64,000 nucleotides of DNA, taken from positions 30,504,001 through 30,568,000 of the forward strand of contig OX597833.1 of the NCBI GenBank assembly GCA_951406725.2, in the 5' to 3' direction. The position numbers and the translations under genes are program-made. This DNA is from Octopus vulgaris. Taxonomy: Eukaryota. The notes below the pieces were generated by a model. It worked only from the letters and a program-made list of their open reading frames with translations, was not told the DNA's origin and ran no database searches. The first letter of the stretch is position 1; every line of letters begins with the position of its first letter. Of the stretch, positions 39,948 to 52,931 are shown in pieces.

Positions 39948-41436
39948 CAATAACAAGAATTCAAGACAGGATGTTTCTGGGAGCTCCTCTATGCTGATGA
40001 CCTTGCTCTAATTGCTGAGTCACTATCAGAACTAGAGGAGAAGTTTCAATTGTGGAAACAAGGATTAGAATCGATGGACCTGAGAATCCACCTAGCTAAA
40101 ACCAAAGTCCTAATAAGTAGCAAGGCAGGCAAACCACAAACTCCTTCAGGTAGATGGCCCTGCGTGATCTGTGGAAAAGGCGTCGGTAGAAACTCTATAA
40201 GATGTACCCAGTATAAGCTATGGACACATAGGAGGTGCAGCAATATCAAAGGAAGGCTAATTGGGAAGACAGTTTTTGTATGTGGCAGATACTCAGGAGC
40301 AATAAACACTGAAAATGTGCAGAGAACAACTTCTGCCACATTCCAGGGAGAAAAACTAGAAGTAGTTGATAGCTTCCATTACTTTGATGACCAAGTCAGT
40401 AGCGGGGGAGGGGGCGATGAAAGTGTAGCGGCTAGAATAAGAATAGCCTGGGCAAAGTTCAGAGAGCTCTTACCTCTGCTGGTGACAGAGGGCCTCTCAC
40501 TCAGAGTAAAAGGTAGATTGTATGACGCATGTGTACGAACAGCCATGCTACATGGCAGTGAAACATGGGCTGTGAATGCTGAGGACATGTGTAACCTTAC
40601 AAGGAATGGAGCCAGTATATTCTGTTGGATGTGTAAATTCAGTGTGCATACTCGACAGAGCATTAGTACCTTGAGAGAAAAGTTGGACCTAAGAAGCGGT
40701 TGATGGAACCTGTGGAGGAGGTAGACCCAGGAAGACTTGGGATAAGGTAGTGAAACATGACCTTCGAACATTGGGCCTCACCGAGGTAATGACTAGTGAC
40801 CAGGACCTTTGGATATATGCTGTGCTTGAGAAGACCCGGCAAGCCAAGTGAGACCATAACCTTGTGAACTATGCCACTGGTGTAACCGGCCCACTTATGC
40901 GTACCTTTCATTGGACACTAAACTCTGCTTGCAAAGATCTGTTGAGGCAAGTGAAATCGAATACAAATTCGATGACTGGCATCAGTGCTAGTGGAGCACT
41001 AAGAGTACCATCTGAGTGTGATCTTGCCAGAGCAACAAGCTGACCTCCGTGCTGGTGGCACATAAAAATTACCATTTGAGTGTGATCATTACCTATGTCA
41101 CCTAACTGGCACTTGTGCTGGTGGCACATGAAAAAACATTCGAGCGAGTTCATTGCCAATGCCGCTGGACTGGCTCCTGTGCCGGTGGAACATAAAAAGC
41201 ACCATTTGAGCGTGTCCGTTGCCTGTACCGCCTGACTGGCCCTCGTCTCAGTGGCATGTAGAAGCACCCACTACACTCTCAGAGTGCTTGGTGTTAGGAA
41301 GGGCATTCCAGCTGTAGAAACTCTGCCAGATCACATTGGGGTCTGGTGCAGCCATCTGGTTCGTCAGACCTCAGTCAAATCGTCCAACCCATACTTGCTT
41401 GGAAAGCGGACGTTAAACAATGATGATGATGATGAT
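39948..41436 (+). mobile_element. RTE LINE 3' portion
   Basis: ELLYADDL...GRWPCVICGKGVG, 3' UTR and (GAT)n tail. Confidence 0.9.
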
Positions 41437-41443
41437 GTATATA

Positions 41444-41509
<66 letters not shown>

Positions 41510-41700
41510 GGGAAAGTTTACAAAAGGAACAAAAGATGAAGACAGATGGTGTACAAAACAAACAGATATATTAGTATAATGCTCAAGAACAGAAAAAGTC
41601 TTCTACGTTTCGAGCCTACACTCTTCTACAGAGAGGTACACAGAAAAAAAAAAGGAGAGAGAAAAAATGTCTGTAGTGGCTAACGATCTATTATGCCGAC
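41510..41700 (-). repeat. Family A dispersed repeat
   Basis: Closely similar to 4200-4390. Confidence 0.8.
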
Positions 41701-41703
41701 TAG

Positions 41704-41746
<43 letters not shown>

Positions 41747-41769
41747 TATGTACATTTATATAGATATAG

Positions 41770-41808
<39 letters not shown>

Positions 41809-41853
41809 TTTATATATATATTTCCAAACATTTATATATATATATATATATAT

Positions 41854-42263
41854 CATCATAATCATTTAGCGTCTGCTTTCCATGTTAGCATGGGTTGGAT
41901 GGTTCAACTAGGGTCTGGGAAGCCAGAAGGCTGCACCAGGCCCAATCTGATCTGGCAATGTTTCTACGACTGGATGCCCTTCCTAACACCAACCACTGCA
42001 TGAGTGTAGTGGGTGCTTTTTATGTGCCAGAGAAGGCTGGCAAACGGCCACGATTGGATGGTGCTTTTTACGTGCCACCAGCATATGTATCACAGCTACA
42101 ATTTCCATACATGTTGATCGATTTCGATTTTAATTCTGTTTCTCACTTGCTTCAACAGGTCTTCACAAGTAGAGTTTTGTGACCCATGAAGGAAAGGTAT
42201 GCATAAGTGGGCTGGCTTCATCCCAGGTAGAGGCCATGGGTTGCGGTCTCACTTGTCCTGCCG
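41854..42263 (-). mobile_element. RTE LINE 3' UTR fragment
   Basis: Homologous to 7599-8150. Confidence 0.85.
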
Positions 42264-42299
42264 ATATATATATACACATTTATATATATATATATATAT

Positions 42300-42490
42300 A
42301 AATATGAGAGAGTGACTATGTGGTTAATTCTAGCGCTAAAAATAGCTCCGTTACTGGTATAGCCACTAAAACTTGTTTCCAAGATGCTAAAAATAGCTCT
42401 GTTACTGGTATAGCCACGTGTTTCCTCTTGGAAACAAGTTTTAGTGGCTATACCAATAATGGAGCTATTTTTAGCATCTTGGAAACAATA
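42300..42490. repeat. Short tandem-plus-inverted fold-back immediately 5' of the PLE ORF
   Basis: gctaaaaatagctc-gttactggtatagccac occurs twice, then its reverse complement at 42427-42476; the left end resembles the R1 terminus. Confidence 0.75.
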
Positions 42491-42500
42491 AATTATATAT

Positions 42501-44402
42501 GATATCCCGGCACTGTATGGACTTCGCAAGGACCATAAAGTTTTTACTGACCCTATAGCAGGACCACCAACAAGACCAGTCTGTGGAGCGAATATTGCTA
42601 GCAATTACAGAATCTCCTACTTCCTCTCAATGATCATACGCCCTATAATCAGGATGTCACCTGATGTGTGTGACAGCACAGAAGATCTCCTAAGCAGGAT
42701 CAGTGACTGTAACAAAACTTGTGACTTGACAGGATGTATAGTAGGTAGCATGGATGTGGTATCCCTATACCCATCGATTGACGTAGACTTTGCAGTGGAG
42801 AAGTGCGTGGAGATGATCAACGAGAGCCAGGTGGAGTTCTGTAATGTCGACACAGAAGAACTGGGCCTCCTACTTAGACTGACATATAATAATGAATACT
42901 TAGATAAACATAATCTTAGTAGTTTCTGCCCCAGTAGATGTTTAAGAGGTAGACCGCCTACAATTACTTCTATGGCTAGGAAGACACATATAGAAAGATG
43001 GCGCGGATGGACCAGAGCCATACGGAGCCCCGCAAATGTCCATCAGGTAAAGAAAATGATCGCACATGCACTAGGAGCTAGTATAAGAGTTACCCTAAAA
43101 GGCCACACATTTAAATTTAATAATAAAATATATGCCCAGGACGAGGGGGCAGCCATCGGTGTTAGTATCGCTGGTGATGTGGCCAACCTTTTCATGGTAT
43201 GGTGGGACAGAAGGCTTAAAGAATGCCTACTGCAGAAATCCATACTCGTAAACATGTATTCTCGCTATGTTGATGATATCAACATAGTAGTAAAGGCACC
43301 CCCACAAGAGAGTAATGTTGATATAGTAATAGAAACTAATACTATGGAGAGCATCCAGCAAATAGCTAACTCCATCCACCAGAGTATTAAGGTCACAATA
43401 GACTACCCCACTAAACACCCCAACCATAGACTACCAGTACTAGACACTGAACTCTGGCTAGAAATTGTGAAAAATAAAACCCAAATCCTTCATTCATACT
43501 ATGCAAAACCTATGGCCTCAAAATACCTAATCCACCGGAACTCAGCCATTGCGGGCAATGCCAAATTCAATATTTTGATGGCAGACCTCGTCAGAATAAT
43601 GAGAAATGTGTCACGCATGTGCGAGCCTACAGAATTAAAGAGACACATACAGTATTTCATTCACCGCATGCAGTTCTCAGGTTACAGCCATAAAGAAAGG
43701 ATCAGAGTATACAAAGGAGCCATGAAGAAATTTGATAATATATTATGTAATGATAGGAATGGGATTTGCCCAATCTATAGGAACAAGTCATAGAACACTA
43801 TAGAAAGGACAAAAAAGAAAATAGGGAAGGCCAACTCTTGGTATGATAGCCATAAATACCAGAGTGTCATGTTCGTTGACACCACCCCTGGAGGTGAACT
43901 GGCGTACCGCTTTAGAAGGACCCTAGATAAACTTAAACTAAGAATTAAGGTTGTTGAAAAGCCAGGCAACCCTATCAAATCTATAATTGGTAGAACCTAT
44001 CCTTTTAGTAGAACCCTCTGTACGGATAACTATTGCACTGTATGTAGATTTAGCCCACAAACAAACTGTAAAGCCAGAAATGTAGTCTATAGTATAAGAT
44101 GTATAGAGGGACGATGCAGTAACAAGACAGTAACATACGTAGGGGAAACAGCAAGAAGCATAGGAGAGCGGGTGAATGAACATTGGAGACAACTCAAGGA
44201 AGGTAAAAGCTCATCGATTCTGTACCAACACGCCGAACAGGAACACGGGGGATCAATCAATAACATAGAGATTAAGATATTGTCCACACATAGAACAGAT
44301 GCAACAATTAGACAAATTACAGAAGCTACACATATAATAGAAAATAAACCTAGCCTGAATAGAAAACTAGAATGGAGCAATAGCACACACCACAACATAT
44401 GA
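42501..44402 (+). mobile_element. Penelope-like retroelement RT + GIY-YIG ORF, 5'-truncated, one in-frame TAG at 43791-43793
   Basis: PALYGLRKDHK, PPTRPV, GSMDVVSLYPSID, QDEGAAIG, RYVDD, LPVLD; Cys-rich linker CTDNYCTVC..C (Neptune-like); VVYSIRC...YVGETAR...R..EH. Confidence 0.93.
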
Positions 44403-44488
44403 CGATAGAGGATCCTGAAAACATAATAAATACACAGATAAATAAACAAATAGAAATTAATAACTATATATATGTATATATATCTATG

Positions 44489-44545
<57 letters not shown>

Positions 44546-44916
44546 GTGTATATATGTGTGTATATGTATATATGTATATGTATATATATATATATTTTTT
44601 TTTTCGATTAGATTTATTATTATTATTACTAATATTGTTGTTATACATACATACAAGCATATGTAATGATAATAATGGGTGGATGTAAACACATGAACAA
44701 AATTAGAACAAAAACAACAACAACAAAAACAAAATACAAATTACAAGAATGTATATAAACAGAAGATACAAATATTACAGGCATCCCCCCACCACACACT
44801 AAATAAACATAGACGCACATAGAGATATAAGCATGCGCAAATGAAGACATACAATAGAAATACAAAATGGCTGACGGTTAGTAAGGAGAGACACAAATAA
44901 GTGAGAAGAAAACAAA

Positions 44917-44961
44917 GGACCACTGATGCGGTCACAGGAATGTGACGAAAGAACTTTGGCC
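44917..44961 (+). ncRNA. Variant hammerhead motif in the PLE 3' region
   Basis: GGACCA-CUGAUGCG-GUCAC aggaau GUGAC-GAAA-GAAC-UU-UGGCC, same strand as the PLE ORF. Confidence 0.6.
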
Positions 44962-45265
44962 GAAATAAGATTAAGATTAATGTAAAAAATAAATATCACT
45001 GAAGCAAAATAACACCAAATATATAGTGCGTGTGTTTTTATTGGCTAAACTGGCAATATGACCATTCCGAAATATAACAATATCTGTTTCAACACACGAC
45101 TTCACATAAAAAATCTTGCACAACAAATATTTAAACGTATATATATATAGATATGTATATACATTTGTATATATATATATATATATATATATAGATAGAT
45201 ATGTATATACATTTGTTTTTATATATATATGTATAGATATATATATAGATATGTATATACATTTG

Positions 45266-45308
<43 letters not shown>

Positions 45309-45309
45309 A

Positions 45310-45508
45310 CGGGAAGCTTTATGAAAATAAACAAAAGACGAAGGCAGGTGGAAAACAAACGAACAATTGTATTAGTATGGCGCTCAGGAAATATAAATAA
45401 AACAAGTCTTTAACGTTTCGAGCCTACGCTCTTCAACAGAAAGATACACAGAGAGAGAAAAACACAGAAAGAAGGAGAGAAAAAAAATGCGTGCAGTAGC
45501 TAACGAAT

Positions 45509-45511
<3 letters not shown>
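45310..45511 (-). repeat. Family A dispersed repeat (best-preserved HHR-like motif at 45407-45444)
   Basis: UCUUUCUG-UUGAAGA-GCGUAGGCUC-GAAA-CG-UU-AAAGA on the - strand. Confidence 0.7.
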
Positions 45512-45545
<34 letters not shown>

Positions 45546-45569
45546 TATATATATCGATATGTATATACA

Positions 45570-47544
45570 TTATGTGGGCTATGGCCTAGTCACCCACATT
45601 GTAAACCAGGTAGTTCACAATGGAGTCATACCCAATGACTGGCGTAGCAGCACCATAGTCAACTGCTACAAGGGTAAGGGCGATGCTCTGGATAGAAATA
45701 ACTACAGGGGTATTAAACTGTTGGATCAGGTGATGAAGGTCACAGAGAGGGTCATAACCCATCTCATTAGGGAGACAATTTGCTTAGATGAGATGCAGTT
45801 CGGTTTTGTGCCGGGTAGAAGCACCACTGATGCTATATTCCTGGTCCGACAACTGCAGGAGAAGTACCTAGCTAAAGATAAACCCCTCTACATAGCTTTT
45901 GTGGAGTTGGAGAAAGCCTATGACAGGAAATTGATGAATGGCTAATAAGGGCTGTACAGGCTCTATACAGAGAGGCTGTCAGCAAAGTTAGGATTGGCAA
46001 CGCATATAGTGAAGAATTCCGGGTAGAAGTAGGTGTACACCAAGGCTCAGCCCTCAGTCCCCTTTTATTCATCATAGTCCTCCAGGCAATAACAGAGGAA
46101 TTCTAAACAGGATGTCCCTGGGAGCTCCTCTATGCTGATGACCTGGCTCTCATAGCAGAATCACTACCGGAACTAGAAAAGAAATTTTGGGTGTGGAAGC
46201 AAGGGTTAGAATCAAAGGGCCTTAGAGTAAATGTAGCAAAGACCAAAGTTATAGTAAGCAGAAAGGCGAACTCAGCACACACCCCCTCGGGCAGGTGGCC
46301 CTGCTCGATCTGTAGGAAAGGTGTAGGTAGAAACTCCATAAGATGCACCCAATGTAAGCTATGGATGCATAAGAGGTGCAGCAACATCAAAGGGAAATTA
46401 ACTGATAAGATAGCTTTCATGTGTGGCAGATTCACAGGGACAATAGACACCACAGACACTCAGAAAACTGATTCCATCACACTCCAGGGGGAGAAACTAG
46501 AAGTAGTTGATAGTTTCCGCTACCTGGGTGACCAAGTTAGTAGTGGAGGTGGATGCTCAGAGAGTATCACCACTAGAATACGAATAGCCTGTGCAAAGTT
46601 CAGAAAGCTCCTACCCCTACTGGCGACAAAAGGTCTCTCGCTCAGAGTGAAAGGTAGATTGTATGATTCATGTGTGTGAACTGCCATGCTTCACGGTAGT
46701 GAAACATGGGCTGTGACTGCAGAGGACATGCGTAGACTTGAAAGAAATGAAGCTAGCATGATCCACTGGATGTGTAATGTCAGTGTGCATGCACGACAGA
46801 GTGTAAGCAACCTGAGAGAAATGCTGGACATAAGAAGCATCAGATGTGGTGTGCAAGAGCGACGCTTGCGATGGTATGGTCATGTACTGCGGATGGATGA
46901 GGAGAGATGTGTGAAGAAGTGCCACTCCCAAAGAGTTGAAGGTATCAGGGGGAGAGGTAGACCCAGGAAGACATGGGATGAGGTAGTCAAGCATGACCTC
47001 AGAGCGTTGGGCCTCACTGACGCAATGGCGAAGGACCGAGATCTCTGGAGATATGATGTGACTGCAAAGACCCGGGCTGCTTCCTGCACCAGTTCCGCAT
47101 AGCCCACTGCCCATTTAAAATACCCTGGATCCCGGAACGTCTCGCTGTGCTTGAGGAGACCTGTTGAGTCAAGTGCATGTACATGAACATCGAAACAAAT
47201 ATCAATGGAAATAGTAGTTGTGATAGCAGTGCCGGTGGCACATAATAAGCACTATCCGAACGTGGCCGTTGCCAGCACCGCCTTGGCTGGCTTCCGTGCC
47301 GGTGGCACGTTAAAAGCTCCAACCGATCGTGGTCGATGCCGGACCCCCCTGGCACCTGTGCAGGTGGCACATAAAAAGCACCCACTACACTCGCGGAATG
47401 GTTGGCGTTAGGAAGGGCATCCAGCTGTAGAAACTCTGCCAGATCAGACTGGAGCCTGGTGCAGCCCCTGGCTTCCCAGACCCCGGTCGAACCGTCCAAC
47501 CCGTGCTAGCGCGGAAAACGGACGTTAAACGATGATGATGATGA
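45570..47544 (+). mobile_element. RTE LINE, 5'-truncated (RT and 3' UTR)
   Basis: IPNDWRSSTIVNCYKGKGDA, QFGFVPGRSTTDAIF, YADDL, tail. Confidence 0.92.
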
Positions 47545-47595
47545 TATAAAGATATATATATACATTTGTATATATATATATATATATATATATAC

Positions 47596-47626
<31 letters not shown>

Positions 47627-47693
47627 GATAGATAGATAGATAGATATATATATACATTTGTATTTATATATATATATACATTTATATATACAT

Positions 47694-47743
<50 letters not shown>

Positions 47744-47745
47744 AC

Positions 47746-49569
47746 ATCATCATCGTTAAGTGTCACTTTCCATGCTAGCATGTGTTGGACTGTTCAATTG
47801 ATTTCTGTGAAGGCCGGAGGCTGCACCAGGCCCAGTCTGATCTGGCAATGTTTCTACAGCTGGATGGCCTTCCTAACGCCAAACACTCCGTGAATGTAGT
47901 GGGTGCTTCTTACGTGCCACCGACATAGGTGCCAGACAAGGCTGGCAAATGGCCACAATTGGAGGGTGATTAATACGTGCCACCGGTACGGTGGCCAAGC
48001 AAGGCTGGCAACGGCCACGTTCGGATGGTACTCTTACGTGCCTTCGGCACTGGTATCACAGCTACAATTACCACTGATGTTGATCGATTAAGATTTTGAT
48101 TTTGATTCTGATTTCTCACTCGCCTCAACAGGTCTTCACAAGTAGAGTTTTGTGTCCCAAGAAGGAAAAGTACACATAAGTGGATCGGCTACATCCCAGG
48201 TAGAGGCCACGTGTTATGGTCTCACTAGTCATGCCGGGTCTTCTCAGGCACAGCATACTTCCATAGGTCTCGGTCTCTAGTCATTTCCTCGGTGAGACCT
48301 AAAGTTTGAAGGTTGTGCTTCACCATCTCGTCCCAGGTTTTCCTGGGTCTACCTCTTCCACAGGATCCCTCAACTGCCAGGGTGTGGCACATTTTCACAC
48401 AACTATCTTCATCCATGCCACATGTCCATACCAGCGCAAACGTCTCTCTTGCACACCACATCTGATGCTTCTTAGGTCCAACATTTCTCTCAAGGTACTT
48501 ACACTGTCGAGTATGAACACTGACATTACACATCTATCGGAGCATGCTGGCTTCATTTCTTGCGAGCTTACGCATGTCCTCAGTTGTCACAGCCCATGTT
48601 TCACTGCCATGTAGCATGGCTGTCGTACATATGCGTCATACAGTCTGCTTTTTACTCTGAGCGAGAGGCCCTTTGTCACCAGCAGAGGTAAGAGCTCTCT
48701 GAACTTTACCGAGGCTATTCTTACTCTAACAGTTACACTTTCAGCACACCCTCCCCACTACTGACTTGGTCACCTAGGTAACGGAAGCTATCAACTATTT
48801 CTTGTTTTTTTCCCTGGAATGTGGCGGAGGTTGGTTTCTGCGCATTTTTGGTGTTTACTGCTCCTGAGCATCTGCCACATACAAAAACTCTTTTCCTAGT
48901 TAGTCTTCCTTTGACATTGCTGTACCTCTTATATGTCCATAGCTTACACTTGGTGCGTCTTATAGAGTTTCTACCTACGCCTTTTCTACAGATCGAGCAG
49001 GCTATAGCCGACACTACCAGATATTTTGAGCATCGCTGCAGTAATTCCTGATGGGCCTGAGGCTTTCCCTGTCTTCATGCTTTTAATTACCTTAACTACC
49101 AAGGAACTGTCAACTCAGATAGCTGGTCCCTCTGTTGGGTCGACATTCGGAAGACTCTCTTTATCCCATTCATTTTCCTTATTCAGCAACCTTTCATAGT
49201 GGCATATCCAAACCTCTCTCTTTGCATCCTCATTTAGCGCAAGTGAACCATCATCTTCGCGAACTCATTTCTCTCCTACCACATCACGATTCTCTCTCAC
49301 ACACTGTCTTGCAACACGAAATACCTCAAGTCTTTGGTCCTCATGGTGCAGAACAATGGAAAATTTTTTCTTATCTGCTTCCCCTCTGGCTAAATACACC
49401 TGCCTCCTAGCTTCCCTTCTGGCAGTCTTGTACACTTCCCTGCTACCACCGTTCTTCCAGTCCTTCCAAGCCTGTTTCTTTTGTCTAATAGCCCTGTCAA
49501 CAACATTGTTCCACCACGGTGTTATTTTGGGTCTAGAGCGGACTTCGCACCAACCACAGATCTGGTCAG
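47746..49569 (-). mobile_element. RTE LINE fragment with an internal deletion of the RT core
   Basis: TPWWNNVVDRAI...GITAAMLKISGSVG joined to CSICRKGVG at ~49000. Confidence 0.85.
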
Positions 49570-49598
49570 TATATATATATATACATATAATATACATA

Positions 49599-49790
49599 CC
49601 GGAGTAAACACATAAATGTGAAACAAGGTGGAAAAAAGAGTACTCAAATACCAGTGGTAGAGTAATATGCTTTATTTAAAGCAGCAGAAAATTCAACAAA
49701 ACCTGTTACTGCAAAAACTGTCCGATGAACGGCAACGGGAAACTCAGAGTAACAGGTTTTGTTGAATTTTCTGCTGCTTTAAATAAAGTA
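49599..49790. mobile_element. R3 family fold-back with an HHR motif at 49714-49760 (+)
   Basis: AAAACUGU-CCGAUGA-ACGGCAACGG-GAAA-CUCAGAG-UA-ACAGG; the left arm is the reverse complement of the 26004-26121 sequence. Confidence 0.75.
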
Positions 49791-49795
49791 TTTAT

Positions 49796-50446
49796 TCTTT
49801 CAGTCATTTGACTGTGGCCATACTGGAGCACCGCTTTTAGTCGAGCAAATCAACCTCAGGATTTATTATTGGTTAAGCCTAGTACTTATTCTGTCGGTCT
49901 CTTTTCTTGCCCCACCACTAAGTTATGGGGACGTAAACACACCAGCATCGGTTGTTAAGTGATGTTGGGGCGACAAACAGAGGTGCACACACATATATAC
50001 ACACACACATATATACATACATATATACATACATACATACATATATCTCCGTGCCGGTGGCATGTAAAAAGCACCATCCGATCGTGGCTGTTTGCCAGCC
50101 TCGTCTGGCACCTGTGTCGATGGCACATAAAAAGCACCCACTACACTCACGGAGTGGTTGGCATTAGGAAGGGCATCCAGCCGTAGAAGCATTGCCAGAT
50201 CAGATTGGGCCTGGTGCAGCCTTCTGGCTTCCCAGACCCCAGTTGAACCATGCAACCCATGCTAGCATGGAAAGTGGACGCTAAACGATGATGATGATAT
50301 ATACAATGGACTTCTTCCTGTTTCCATCTACCAAATCCACTCACAAGGCTTTAGGCGGCCTGAGGCTCTAGTAGAAGACACTTATCCAAGGTGCTATGCA
50401 GTGGGACTGAACCCGGAACCGTGTGGTTGGTAAGCAAACTACTTAT
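49796..50446 (-). mobile_element. tRNA SINE interrupted by an RTE 3' fragment (50048-50297, +)
   Basis: SINE tail at 49796-49990 and head at 50306-50446, with the RTE tail between them. Confidence 0.8.
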
Positions 50447-50774
50447 GTGGACGCATGCTAACAATATTCTTAACAATTAAACTTGGAAAAGTAGGGGACA
50501 AGAAAAACTCATTAAAATTAGAGCTTAAAATATTGCTGCTAAAATCAAAATTAAAAAGTACCGCTTTGGTACTTTTTCATATTTTTAAAAAAATTCAATC
50601 AATTTCAGTTTTCCTGTTTTATTTTAATTTTATTTTTTGTACTAAATGAATTGATAAAAGAATTTAAAATTTTAATTTTAGCAGCAATATTTTATGCTCT
50701 CATTTTAATGAGTTTTTTCTTGTCCTCTACTTTTCCTGGTTTAATTTTTAAGAATATTGTTCGTATGCATCCAT
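50446..50774. mobile_element. Palindromic MITE-like element (~110-bp arms)
   Basis: ggacgcatgctaacaatattctta...attgctgctaaaat mirrored by attttagcagcaat...taagaatattgttcgtatgcatcc. Confidence 0.7.
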
Positions 50775-51009
50775 ATCTTTCATTGGCTAGTCCAGTGTTT
50801 TTTAAGATGACCATTATTTGCAGTCATTTTGAATTCAAAAATTTTCAAGAAAATTCAAAACAAAATTTTGATTTTTTTCATTTGACTAATTCCCACTTAG
50901 AAATTAAATTAAAAATGAATGATTATCATTGCAACTTTGCCTTTTCTGGACATAACGTACTGTTATTTTGATACTGTATAGAGACAAAGTTACAAATGCA
51001 TATATATAA

Positions 51010-51231
51010 CCCTTTTGTTACCAACTCGGCTGAAACCGGCTCTGGTTCTGTTGTACAAATGTCTTGTTTTCATAAGTTCTGAATTAAAATCTTCCATCAA
51101 ACCTTGGTCACAATTTATATTCCTAACACTAGCTTAATAATAATTAAGTTATTTTACTAAATTCTTTGTTATATTTAAAATTAATTGAAAGAAACACAGA
51201 GCATCTCAAAATAAATGCAGTAACGAAAGGG
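51010..51231. mobile_element. piggyBac-type MITE
   Basis: ATAA|CCCTTTTGTTAC ... GTAACGAAAGGG|TTAA. Confidence 0.7.
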
Positions 51232-51822
51232 TTAAAGAACTTTAAAAATAATGAAAAAATATGAGGATACAAATTTAATAAAGTGACTTTATTTTAAATA
51301 AATTAAATTAATATTGAATAGAATATAATTATAAGTAACATTTGCCTTTTCTGAACAGCCTTACTACAGACTTTGGTACTGCTCATAGAGAGAAAGCCAC
51401 AAATAATCATATTCTATTCACAATAAAATTAATAAATAAATTATAAATAGTAATTTTTAGATGCAAATAATTAATTCCATGTTTAAAATTTTTTAAATAG
51501 TTAAAATTGACTGTTAAAATATTTGAATTTTTGTCATTTGCCTTTTCTGAACAGCCTTACTACCTTATACAGGACTGCTGATAGAGATAAAATCAAAAAA
51601 ATAAAAATATCTATTTTAATAATATTCTTATTAAAATAATTTATTCAAAAATGGACTTTAAAAAGCCATACTACAAATATTTGAGCAAAAAAACTTTATT
51701 TCTTATAAAAAATAATTTAGATGAATGAAAATAAATATTAGAACTCTTTGTATCGATTTGTGTTGTCTTTTATCTTTTGTCATATGTTCGCGCCTAAGAA
51801 ATATAGTTCCATATATTAGTAG

Positions 51823-52931
51823 TAGGCACAACTACAGATTTCTGTCTCTCCCTTGACTTTGAATGACCATAACTTTTAGAAAAATGGATATTTTTGCATA
51901 AACTTTTCTATGATTATTTGTTATATCATGTAGATTCCGAATATACAAAATTTTGGCAGGGAAAGTGTTTTGTAGAAGGTGGATGGGGGGGGGGGGGAGA
52001 AATTTCGGAAAATTCACCGGAGTCCAATTCAATTCATCTTAACTTTCAAGAAAATAGATATTTTTAAATGAAATTCTTTACAAATATACCTCGAACTATA
52101 TTGATTCCAAGGTTATAGGAATTTGTGTGGAAAATAATTGCAGATTATTTTTGAGAACTCTTCCCCATTCAGAGGTGTTTTGGAACAATTCGTTCATATG
52201 TTTCATTTTCTCTGTTTTGTGCATTTGTGCATCCATAGATATCTATCACACACACACACGCACCTCCCCCCCACATATATATGTAACGAAAAAGTTCAAA
52301 CAGGGGATTTTTCCATTCAATATCATGTTTATTATAGAGATTATGTAACAAATCATACTTTACACCTCTATATTTAACTGTGCGTGTATATTCCTTATTT
52401 TTGCTTTGGGTGTCTTCTGCCTTTCTATTAGAAACGCTTACCTGGGAATTTACTTAAAGTGAAATAAGAATTGTATGCAACAGATAAATTGTATTAATAA
52501 CATATTTCTGTGTACCAGACCTTTAGCTGTTATTTTTAGCATAACAAGTTTTCTGGTGAGGGTTTCATTTGCCTTCATTGCCTGTTTGTTGCTTCAGTAG
52601 GAATCTACGGATGCACAAACTACATCGTCCAAGGTATATTTTCTTTTTTTCTTTTTTACTTGTTTCAGTCATTTGACTGTGGCCATGTAGAGGATTTCAT
52701 TAAAAAACATCCATTTTCTTGAAAGTTAAGACGAATTGAAGTGGACTCCAGTGAATTTACCGAAATTCCCCTCCCCACCCATCCTAAAACACTTTCTCTG
52801 CCAAAATTCTGTTTATTCAGAATCGTCGTGATATAACACATATTTGTAGAAAATTTCATTTTAAAATATCCATTTTTCTGAAAGTTATGGTCATCCAAAT
52901 ATGGAGGGGCAGAAATCTGTAGTTATGCCTG
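51823..52931. mobile_element. Non-autonomous DNA transposon with long (~250-bp) diverged TIRs
   Basis: aggcacaactacagatttctg...atgaccataacttt mirrored by aaagttatggtcat...cagaaatctgtagttatgcct; AGTAG on both flanks. Confidence 0.75.

Noticed and set aside
43791-43793. In-frame stop as programmed readthrough or selenocysteine
   Set aside because: The codon is TAG at an expected Trp position; a point mutation is the simpler explanation
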